The position numbers and the translations under genes were made by a program. A stretch of DNA of 64,000 bases from an uncultured Gemmatimonadaceae bacterium (lineage in GTDB: Bacteria; Gemmatimonadota; Gemmatimonadetes; Gemmatimonadales; Gemmatimonadaceae): the NCBI GenBank assembly GCA_963829055.1, contig CAWHHI010000005.1, positions 192,001 to 256,000 of the forward strand, written 5' to 3'. Shown here one piece after another: positions 56,755 to 64,000 of this stretch; the stretch's first letter is position 1; the number at the start of each line of letters is the position of its first letter. The notes under the pieces were generated by a model. It ran no database searches and was not told the DNA's origin. It saw only the letters and a program-made list of their open reading frames with translations.

Positions 56755-57921
56755 ATGGCCGACACACCCGAACAGGAATTCACGACCTGGCGACGTCTGG
56801 CGCTGATCTTCGGCGTCTGGACGGTGGTCGCGCTCATGGCCACGCAGACGTCGGCCTTCGCGGTCACGCGCACGGGTCGCTCGTTCGACTGGACCCCGGT
56901 CTTCACGTCGCAACTCACGAGCTGCCTTCTGTGGGCGGCGTTCACGCCGTTTCTGCTCGCGCTTGGCCGACGGTTCCGGATCGAGCGCGGCGTCTGGCCG
57001 GTGAGCGTCTCGCTGCATCTGGCGGTGGGCGTCGTGTTGACTGTCCTCGACGTCTATTCGTGGAAGCTCGAGGCGCCGTACATCCGGCCCGGCGGCATGA
57101 TTTCCACGACGCCAGTGATCGTGGAAGTGGCCCGGCAACTGGTGCTCGACCTGGGCTGGTACTTCATCATCGTCGCGCTCGCGCACGCCGAGCACTACGC
57201 CGCCGTCTCGCGCGTCGAGACCGTGCGCCGGGCACAACTCCAGTCGCAGCTCGACGCCGCTCGCCTCGACGCGCTGCAATCGCAGCTCCGCCCGCACTTC
57301 CTGTTCAACACGCTGACCACGATCGCCGAGCAGGTGTACGGGGACCCGGCCGGTGCCGACACGATGATCACGCGACTGAGTCGGCTGCTGCGATCGTCGT
57401 TCGTCGACCCCGAGGTGCAGGAGGTCACGCTCCGGCAGGAGCTCGAGCTGCTCCAGTGCTACCTCGACATCGCCCGCGTCAGGTTCCGCGAGCGCCTGAC
57501 GATCGACTTCGACATTCACCCGAACGCACTCGACGCGTTCGTGCCGCGATTCCTCCTGCAGCCGCTCGCGGAGAATGCGTTGCAGCACGGCATCGAGCCG
57601 GCAGAGGCGGGTGGGCGGTTGGAGCTTCTGGTGCGCGCGCATCAGGAGATCATGACGCTCGAGCTTCACGACGACGGCGTCGGCCTCGCTGCCGGAGCGG
57701 TTCGTCATGGCACCGGGCTTCGCAACACCCGGGAGCGGCTCGCCCATCTCTACGGCGACGCCGCGCACCTCGAGATCATGAGTCGGCCTGCCGGTGGAAC
57801 CACGGTTCGCGTCACGCTCCCGTTCCGTCGTGAGCCCGACCCACTGGTCGCCGCGGATGTGGACGTGCGCGTTACGCTGGAAGATGGACAATTCGCACAC
57901 GCGACCGGAGGCCGGCCATGA
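56755..57921 (+). CDS. LytS/YehU-type sensor histidine kinase
   Basis: TM helices, QLRPHFLFNTL, LQPLAENALQHG, GTGLRN. Confidence 0.9.
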   Translation: MADTPEQEFTTWRRLALIFGVWTVVALMATQTSAFAVTRTGRSFDWTPVFTSQLTSCLLWAAFTPFLLALGRRFRIERGVWPVSVSLHLAVGVVLTVLDVYSWKLEAPYIRPGGMISTTPVIVEVARQLVLDLGWYFIIVALAHAEHYAAVSRVETVRRAQLQSQLDAARLDALQSQLRPHFLFNTLTTIAEQVYGDPAGADTMITRLSRLLRSSFVDPEVQEVTLRQELELLQCYLDIARVRFRERLTIDFDIHPNALDAFVPRFLLQPLAENALQHGIEPAEAGGRLELLVRAHQEIMTLELHDDGVGLAAGAVRHGTGLRNTRERLAHLYGDAAHLEIMSRPAGGTTVRVTLPFRREPDPLVAADVDVRVTLEDGQFAHATGGRP

Positions 57922-58763
57922 GCGCGCCACACACCGCGGGACGTCCACTCCGCGTCCTCATCGTCGATGACGAGCGCCTGCCGCGACAGCGATTGCTGCG
58001 ACTGCTCGAGGAGGTGCCCAACACGGAATGTGTCGGGGAGTGCGCGAACGGGCGCTCCACGGTCGAGGCGATCGAGAGCCTGCTGCCGGACCTCGTGCTG
58101 CTCGACGTGCGCATGCCCGGGATGGGCGGGCTCGAGGTCGCGCGCGCGCTCACTGGCCACGTGCCGTTCGTGATCTTCGTGACGGCGTTCGACGAGTACG
58201 CGCTGAGCGCGTTCGAGGTGCACGCGATCGACTATCTGCTCAAGCCGGTCGAGCGCGAGCGGTTCGTGGCGGCGGTCGAGCGTGCCCGCGTGCTCGTGTC
58301 CAGCACGTCGGCGGCGCAACGCCACGAGCGCTTGCTCGCGCTGCTCAAGGAGGACGCGCAGGCGGATGACGGCGCGGATGCGCGTTCGTCGTTAGGCGAC
58401 CCGACCGCTCCGCCAGTGGCCGGAGACTCGGCGGTGTTCCCGCGTCGGTTTCTGGTGAAGGGCGATGGGCAGATGTACTTCGTGGCCGTGGATGACATCG
58501 ACTGGATCGAGGCGTACGGGAACTACGTGCGCCTGCACGTCGGCAAGGGCGTGCACCTCATCCGCGAGACGCTCGGCAACATTGAGCGAAAGCTCGACCC
58601 GACGCGGTTCGCGCGCGTACACCGCTCGTCGGTCGTGAATCTCGACCGCGTGGCGCGCATGGATCTCTGGGGCGCCGGCGACTACGTGGTGCTGCTGAAG
58701 GACGGGACCAAGCTCAAGCTGAGTCGCTGGTACCGATCGCGGATCGAGGCGCAGACGCGCTGA
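57918..58763 (+). CDS. LytTR family response regulator
   Basis: IVDDE, LLDVRMP, DYLLKP, IDWIEAYGNYV, FARVHRS. Confidence 0.93.
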   Translation: MSAPHTAGRPLRVLIVDDERLPRQRLLRLLEEVPNTECVGECANGRSTVEAIESLLPDLVLLDVRMPGMGGLEVARALTGHVPFVIFVTAFDEYALSAFEVHAIDYLLKPVERERFVAAVERARVLVSSTSAAQRHERLLALLKEDAQADDGADARSSLGDPTAPPVAGDSAVFPRRFLVKGDGQMYFVAVDDIDWIEAYGNYVRLHVGKGVHLIRETLGNIERKLDPTRFARVHRSSVVNLDRVARMDLWGAGDYVVLLKDGTKLKLSRWYRSRIEAQTR

Positions 58764-58865
58764 ACTCGTCCGTCCGAGAAGTCCCTACGAAAAATCGTCC
58801 GACTCCCTACGCTCCATAGCGAGATGCCGCAATACGATGCGGTGTCCCTAACGATCGAGCGTCCG

Positions 58866-60188
58866 ATGTCCGCTACTCTGCAGCCCGTGCCTTCCAAGGG
58901 TCCCGCGGCGACGACTCATCCGGCGACGGCCGTCGACCCAACGCGCCGCGGTCCGATCCTCCTGGCGTGTGACGGGCCCGGACAGAGCAGCGCGCCGTTG
59001 GTCGCCGCGCGACTCCTCGCCGAACGGCTCGGCCTCGCGCTCGAAGTAGTCACGGTGCTCGAGCCGGAGGCGGCATACGCCGTTGCTCTGGGCGGGCTGC
59101 CGGTTTTCCTTCCCGAAGTCGAGGACGCGCGTCGTGCGCGTCGCATGGACGACGTGCGGAACTACATCGCGCGCTTCTCCGGCGGCGCCGCGCCGTTGCC
59201 GCTGCACGTCCGGTGCGGCGCCATTGCCGATGAGATCGCGACGGTCGCGCGCGAGCGTGCGGCGACGCTCGTCATTGTCGGTGCGTCGCCGCATCAGCGG
59301 CTGAATCGAATCATCGGTGGCGAGCGGGCAGTGCAGCTGCTCCGGCTGTCGGGTTGCCCGGTGCTCTCGGTACCACCCGGCTTCGTGGCGCTACCGAGGA
59401 AGATCGTGGTGGGCGTGGACTTCGGGCCGGCCAGCGTGCGCGCCGCACAGCTCGCGCTCTCGATGCTCGCGGACGGCGGTACGCTGAGCCTCGTGCACGT
59501 GATCTTGCCCGTGCTCGCCGACAGGCTCCTGCGCGACCAGACCGAACACAACGTGATCGATGAAGTGCGCTCGCTCTTCAATCGCCTGCGCGACGAGCTG
59601 CGCGCGTACGTGCCCGAGCGCGCGACGATCGAGACATGCGTGAAGACGGGCGAAGCCGTGGAGGGTATCGTGCTCTCCGCCGCGAGCATGGATGCCGAAG
59701 TCATCGCGGTCGGCACACACGGACCGCGGTTCCTCGAGCGCCTCTTCGTCGGCAGCGTCGCCTCGAGCGTCGTGCACGCCGCGGCGCAGGCCGTCCTGGC
59801 AGTGCCGCCACCTTCGCCGGGCCAGGCGCTGGAGTTCTGGCTGCGCATGACGGGGACGGCATCGACGCAGCGGCGGCGCGAGTGGGGAGACGCGCTGGAC
59901 ACCTTCACGCGGCGGAATTCCGGCCGGCACGTGTCGATCGAGGTGGACGAACCCGCGCTCGGTGCGCAGGTCCTTGGACGTGGCTACGCGCTGAACGGCG
60001 TGACGTACGATCCGCACGATCAGCGGGTCGAGGTCATGGTGGGAGACGCGGCCGAGCCGCTGCGGCATCTCATGCATTCGATCCCGAACGTCGATTCGAT
60101 CGAGATGACCGCAGACGACGACGGGCGCGAGGTGCTCGAGCTGCGGCATGGACGCGGGCACACCCTTGTCCTCGTCGATCCCACGTAG
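58866..60188 (+). CDS. Tandem universal stress protein with C-terminal DUF5335-like domain
   Basis: Two USP domains (ILLACDG; IVVGVDF...VGTHG...GSVA), then EW...FTRRNSGR..SIEV...LNGVTYDPHD. Confidence 0.85.
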   Translation: MSATLQPVPSKGPAATTHPATAVDPTRRGPILLACDGPGQSSAPLVAARLLAERLGLALEVVTVLEPEAAYAVALGGLPVFLPEVEDARRARRMDDVRNYIARFSGGAAPLPLHVRCGAIADEIATVARERAATLVIVGASPHQRLNRIIGGERAVQLLRLSGCPVLSVPPGFVALPRKIVVGVDFGPASVRAAQLALSMLADGGTLSLVHVILPVLADRLLRDQTEHNVIDEVRSLFNRLRDELRAYVPERATIETCVKTGEAVEGIVLSAASMDAEVIAVGTHGPRFLERLFVGSVASSVVHAAAQAVLAVPPPSPGQALEFWLRMTGTASTQRRREWGDALDTFTRRNSGRHVSIEVDEPALGAQVLGRGYALNGVTYDPHDQRVEVMVGDAAEPLRHLMHSIPNVDSIEMTADDDGREVLELRHGRGHTLVLVDPT

Positions 60189-60291
60189 CGGCCCCGCCGC
60201 CCTGCATGCGACCGACGCCGGACCGGGCGTCGCAGGCCTACCGCGTATTCCTGGTCGCCAGAGCTGGCGCCGCGCTGCATCGCATCCGATC

Positions 60292-62109
60292 GTGCGAGCA
60301 GCGTGGCGTCCACTGCTCGCGTTAGGGTTCATCCTCGGCGGCCTCGCTGCGGGGTTGCTCGAATCCGGGGCCGCGTACGATCGGGTAATCTGGTACGCAG
60401 GGCTCGCGATCACCGGCAGCGCAGTCGTCTGGCGCACGCTGCGAGGCGCCGTGCGCGGTCAGTTCGCCTCCGACGTCGTGGCGACGCTGGCCATTGTTGC
60501 CGCCGCGCTTCTCGGCCACCCCGTCGTGGGGCTCGTCATCGTCCTCATGCAAACGGGCGGCGAGGCGCTGGAGCGGTATGCCGAGGGCCGGGCGTCGGAC
60601 GCGGTGCGTGCGCTCGAAGCGGCGGCGCCGAGGGTCGCGCACCGGCTGCGCGGCACCGCGACCCATGACGTGCGCGCCGATGACGTCGCCATCGGCGACC
60701 TGTTGCTCGTTAGGCCCGGCGAGCTCATTCCGTGCGACGCCGTGGTCGTCGACGGCACGTCGCACGTCGACGCGTCCATGTTGACGGGTGAGTCGCTCCC
60801 CATCTCGGCGGCGCGCGACACGCGGCTCATGAGTGGCAGCGCGAATCTCGACGGGCCGCTGACCGTCCGCGCGCTGGCCACCGCGCAGGAGAGTCAGTAC
60901 GCGCGCATCGTCGCGCTCGTCAGGTCGGCGCAGGCGAGCAAAGCTCCACTGCAGCGCGTGGCCGACCGCTATGCCGTGTGGTTCACACCGGTCACGCTGA
61001 TCGTGTGTGCCCTTGCCTACGCCGCGAGCGGAGACTGGCTGCGCGTGCTGGCGGTGTTGGCCGTCGCCACACCCTGCCCGCTCATTCTGGCCACGCCGGT
61101 TGCCGTGATCGGCGGCATCAATCGCGCGGCGCGGCGGCAGATCATCATGCGTCACGGCACGGCGCTCGAGCGGGTGGGTACCGCGACTGTCGCGGTCTTC
61201 GACAAGACCGGGACCATCACCATCGGCCAACCCCGCGTGCGCGAAGTCGTGACGGCGGCCGGCTCCGCGGCCGCTGACGTGCTGCGGCTTGCCGGCGCTG
61301 TCGAGCGTTCGTCCGGGCATCTGCTCGCGCGCACGCTCGTGCATGCCGCAGAGGCGAGTGGCGTGGCGCTCCCGCAGGCAGAGCAGGTCGTCGAAGTGCC
61401 CGGTCGCGGCGTATCGGGAATGGTCGAAGGACACTGCGTCATCGTGGGCGCGAGGTCGTTCGTGCTCGAGCGATCGTCGGGTGGCGAGGCCGCCCTTGCC
61501 GGTTTCGAGCCGGCCGAATCCCAGTTGCGCGCGTACGTCGCGGTGGACGGCGCCGTCGTCGCGACGGTGGAGTACGCCGACGCACTACGCCCGGGCCTGT
61601 CTGACGTCTTCCGCGACCTCACCACGCTCGGCGTTAGGCGCGTGATGCTGTTGTCCGGCGACCACTCGAAGACCACGCGCACCGTCGCCGCGGCCGCGGG
61701 GATCGCCGAGGTGCAGGGAGACCTCCTGCCGGAGGACAAGGTGACGGTGGTGCGCGCGCTCGTGGCGAGCGGCGAGTCCGTGTTGATGGTGGGCGACGGG
61801 ACCAACGACGCTCCGGCGCTGAGTGCCGCGACGGTGGGAATCGCGCTTGCCGGTCACGGCGGCGGCATCACGGCCGAAGCCGCGGACGTCGTCATCCTGG
61901 TCGACGACCTGTCGCGGGTCCCGGAGGCGATGCGCATCAGCCGCCGCACGATGCACATCGCCCGTCAGTGCATCGGCGTCGGGCTCGGGCTGAGCGCCGC
62001 GGGCATGCTCGCCGCGGCGTTCGGCGGACTTCAGCCAACCGCGGGGGCACTGGTGCAGGAGGCGATCGACCTCGCCGTCATCGTCAACGCGCTCCGGGCG
62101 AGTCGTTAG
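60292..62109 (+). CDS. Heavy-metal P1B-type ATPase (PCP / QExxD, P1B-5-like)
   Basis: LTGES, ATPCPL, DKTGT, GDGTND, QEAID. Start uncertain. Confidence 0.9.
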   Translation: MRAAWRPLLALGFILGGLAAGLLESGAAYDRVIWYAGLAITGSAVVWRTLRGAVRGQFASDVVATLAIVAAALLGHPVVGLVIVLMQTGGEALERYAEGRASDAVRALEAAAPRVAHRLRGTATHDVRADDVAIGDLLLVRPGELIPCDAVVVDGTSHVDASMLTGESLPISAARDTRLMSGSANLDGPLTVRALATAQESQYARIVALVRSAQASKAPLQRVADRYAVWFTPVTLIVCALAYAASGDWLRVLAVLAVATPCPLILATPVAVIGGINRAARRQIIMRHGTALERVGTATVAVFDKTGTITIGQPRVREVVTAAGSAAADVLRLAGAVERSSGHLLARTLVHAAEASGVALPQAEQVVEVPGRGVSGMVEGHCVIVGARSFVLERSSGGEAALAGFEPAESQLRAYVAVDGAVVATVEYADALRPGLSDVFRDLTTLGVRRVMLLSGDHSKTTRTVAAAAGIAEVQGDLLPEDKVTVVRALVASGESVLMVGDGTNDAPALSAATVGIALAGHGGGITAEAADVVILVDDLSRVPEAMRISRRTMHIARQCIGVGLGLSAAGMLAAAFGGLQPTAGALVQEAIDLAVIVNALRASR

Positions 62110-63175
62110 GCTCCGGCGCCTGTTCACGCGGTGCGATCGCGAACGCCGGGGGGAGCACGACGGGCGGTGCGAGCGCTGGATCGGTCGCGTCGCCGTATTC
62201 GCGGCGGTAGAGCCGAACGAGCTCGAAGAAGTAGGTGATGGCGAGGGGCCCGAGCAGGATGCCCGGCAGGCCGAGCACGCCCACGCCAGCGAACGCGCCG
62301 ACGAGCGTGGTCATGGGATGCAGGTTCGACACGCGGCGGTTCACGAGCGGGCGCATGACGTTGTCGACGTTGCTCGCGACGACGGCGCCGAGCGCGGCCA
62401 GGCCAACGCTCGCGCCGTAGCGGCCCTGCACCGCGAGCGCCACCGCGCCCGGCAGCCAGACGACCGCGCTCCCCAGCACCGGGAACACGGACACGACGGC
62501 GGTCACCACGCCCCAGAACAACGCGTCGGGCAACCCGGTGGCGACGAAGCCTAACGCGACGACGGCGCCCTGAAGGACGCCGGTCAGCGCCGTCCCGAGC
62601 AGCGTCGCCTCGGTCACGTGGCGGAAACGATCGCGGAGGACGTCGGCGCCCGCGGCGGAGAACGGGAGCGTGGACGCGACCGCCTGCCACGCCTCGGTGC
62701 CCGACAGCAGCAGGAAGTACAGGCCGAACAGCGCGACCACCATGTTGAGCGTCCCGCGGACGGCCCCGCCTAACGCCCTGAACGCCTGTGCCGACGCCCA
62801 GGAGACGAGCTCCCCACCCGCCGCGACGACTCGCGTGCCCACGTCGACGCTGCCGATCCGAACCGCCGCGAGTCGCGCCAGGCCGTCGCTCGCCTGCAGC
62901 TGGCGAAGCGCCGCCGGGGCCTGGCCGATGGCGATGACCAGCAGCCACGCGAGAGGTACCAGGATGAGCACGGTCGTCGCGACGACGACGACGGCCGCGG
63001 ACGCACGACGCGGCAGGAATGCGAGCAGCCGGCGGTAGACGGGCGCGACGGCGACGTACAGCACGAGCGCACCGAGAAGTCCCGCCGCGAACGGCAGGAG
63101 GGCAATGGCGATGGCGACCCCCAGCACGACCACGAGCAGCTGTGCGCGATCGCGTGGCGAGTTGAACGCGTTCAT
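62084..63175 (-). CDS. AI-2E family transporter
   Basis: FPVLGSAVVWLP, VDNVMRP, GLPGILLGP. Confidence 0.9.
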   Translation of the reverse strand: MNAFNSPRDRAQLLVVVLGVAIAIALLPFAAGLLGALVLYVAVAPVYRRLLAFLPRRASAAVVVVATTVLILVPLAWLLVIAIGQAPAALRQLQASDGLARLAAVRIGSVDVGTRVVAAGGELVSWASAQAFRALGGAVRGTLNMVVALFGLYFLLLSGTEAWQAVASTLPFSAAGADVLRDRFRHVTEATLLGTALTGVLQGAVVALGFVATGLPDALFWGVVTAVVSVFPVLGSAVVWLPGAVALAVQGRYGASVGLAALGAVVASNVDNVMRPLVNRRVSNLHPMTTLVGAFAGVGVLGLPGILLGPLAITYFFELVRLYRREYGDATDPALAPPVVLPPAFAIAPREQAPEPNDSPGAR

Positions 63176-63364
63176 TGGTCGACTCGAGCGAGAGGCCGCG
63201 TTCCGAAGGTGCCGAGAGGTGGTCGTTGCGCCAAGGCGGGGTTCTCCCGACACGCGGTGCGGGATTACCGGATTGTTCGCGCCTCCAATCTCGCCGAGGT
63301 TGAGCGTGGCAACCAGTCGGTCAGCCATCTACCCGAGAGGCGATCAGAGAGACCGGGAGGAGCG

Positions 63365-63733
63365 ATGCGTATCGTGCTGGCCATTCTCATGACGCTCCAC
63401 GCTGTCGCGCATCTCGTCAGCTTCATCGAAGCGTGGCGGCTCATTCCGCAGGGGTTTCCCTACAAGACGACGGTTCTCTCGGGCCACGTCGACCTGGGAG
63501 ACGTCGGAATTCGCGCTGTCGGAGTCGTCTGGCTCGTGGTGGCCGGCGGGTTCCTGCTCGCAGCCATCGGGGCGTTCGCCGCCAGCACGTGGTGGGTGCC
63601 GACTGCGTTGGGCGTTGCGGTGTCGTCGCTCTTACTGACCTCCACCGAGCTGCCGGACGCGCGTGGCGGCGTAGCGATCAACCTCGCGATCGTCGTGGCC
63701 GTGGTGGCGGCGCGTCAGGTGGGATGGGTGTGA
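63365..63733 (+). CDS. Hypothetical 4-TM membrane protein
   Basis: GGAGGAG RBS; LHAVAHLVSF; hydrophobic helices. Confidence 0.7.
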   Translation: MRIVLAILMTLHAVAHLVSFIEAWRLIPQGFPYKTTVLSGHVDLGDVGIRAVGVVWLVVAGGFLLAAIGAFAASTWWVPTALGVAVSSLLLTSTELPDARGGVAINLAIVVAVVAARQVGWV

Positions 63734-63859
63734 GGCGCGCCGCCGCCTAACGCCACGGACGATGCGACGGACTGCTTCGGCAACGCCCTCAGACGAAGGG
63801 GTGAGCGGATTCGGCGGATCTGGCGGATTGACTCCTCAGGCGCGAACGTTCGGTGTGCA

Positions 63860-63974
63860 TGTCACCGTCACCCGTACGACAGCGAGGGACCTTCGTGAAG
63901 TACTCGTGGCCAGAACCCGCTACAATGACATCACAGAAGGTCCCTCGTGCTCGCTGGCGCTCCTCGGGATGACA
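63860..63974. repeat. Palindromic element, second subfamily
   Basis: GAGGGACCTTC...GAAGGTCCCTC...CTCGGGATGACA; partial left ends at 19851 and 50841. Confidence 0.75.
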
Positions 63975-64000
63975 CCGCTAGTCGGCACGGCGCGGGTGGT

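Overview
High-GC bacterial chromosomal DNA; gene content and style suggest Gemmatimonadota (inference, not verified). About 50 genes are recognisable. They include PAS/GAF histidine kinases, an iodotyrosine-deiodinase-like nitroreductase, a TonB receptor, a nirK/NO-stress cluster, a lipoprotein nuclease, secDF, msrB, a rhodanese-YeeE-PLP sulfur operon, groES-groEL-tetR, an ABC/HlyD/TolC exporter beside two sigma54 activators, paaK, a Vgb-like propeller, MarR-DoxX, a desaturase, a LytS/LytTR pair, a USP, a P1B ATPase and an AI-2E transporter. Many genes are broken by small indels that look like long-read errors. No rRNA, tRNA, CRISPR array or transposase was seen. Main signals: (1) a non-palindromic motif (G)CCTAACG/CGTTAGG(C) recurs about every 0.9 kb on both strands and inside genes in all frames; (2) a signal-peptide uORF ending RAPP-ALA* lies upstream of secDF, a candidate ribosome-arrest secretion monitor; (3) a local sigma54 regulon with three near-identical promoters and a shared enhancer motif; (4) a groESL operon with TetR-type operators over its promoter and no CIRCE; (5) operator/promoter architecture suggesting DUF2239 is an autorepressor; (6) several families of palindromic intergenic repeats.
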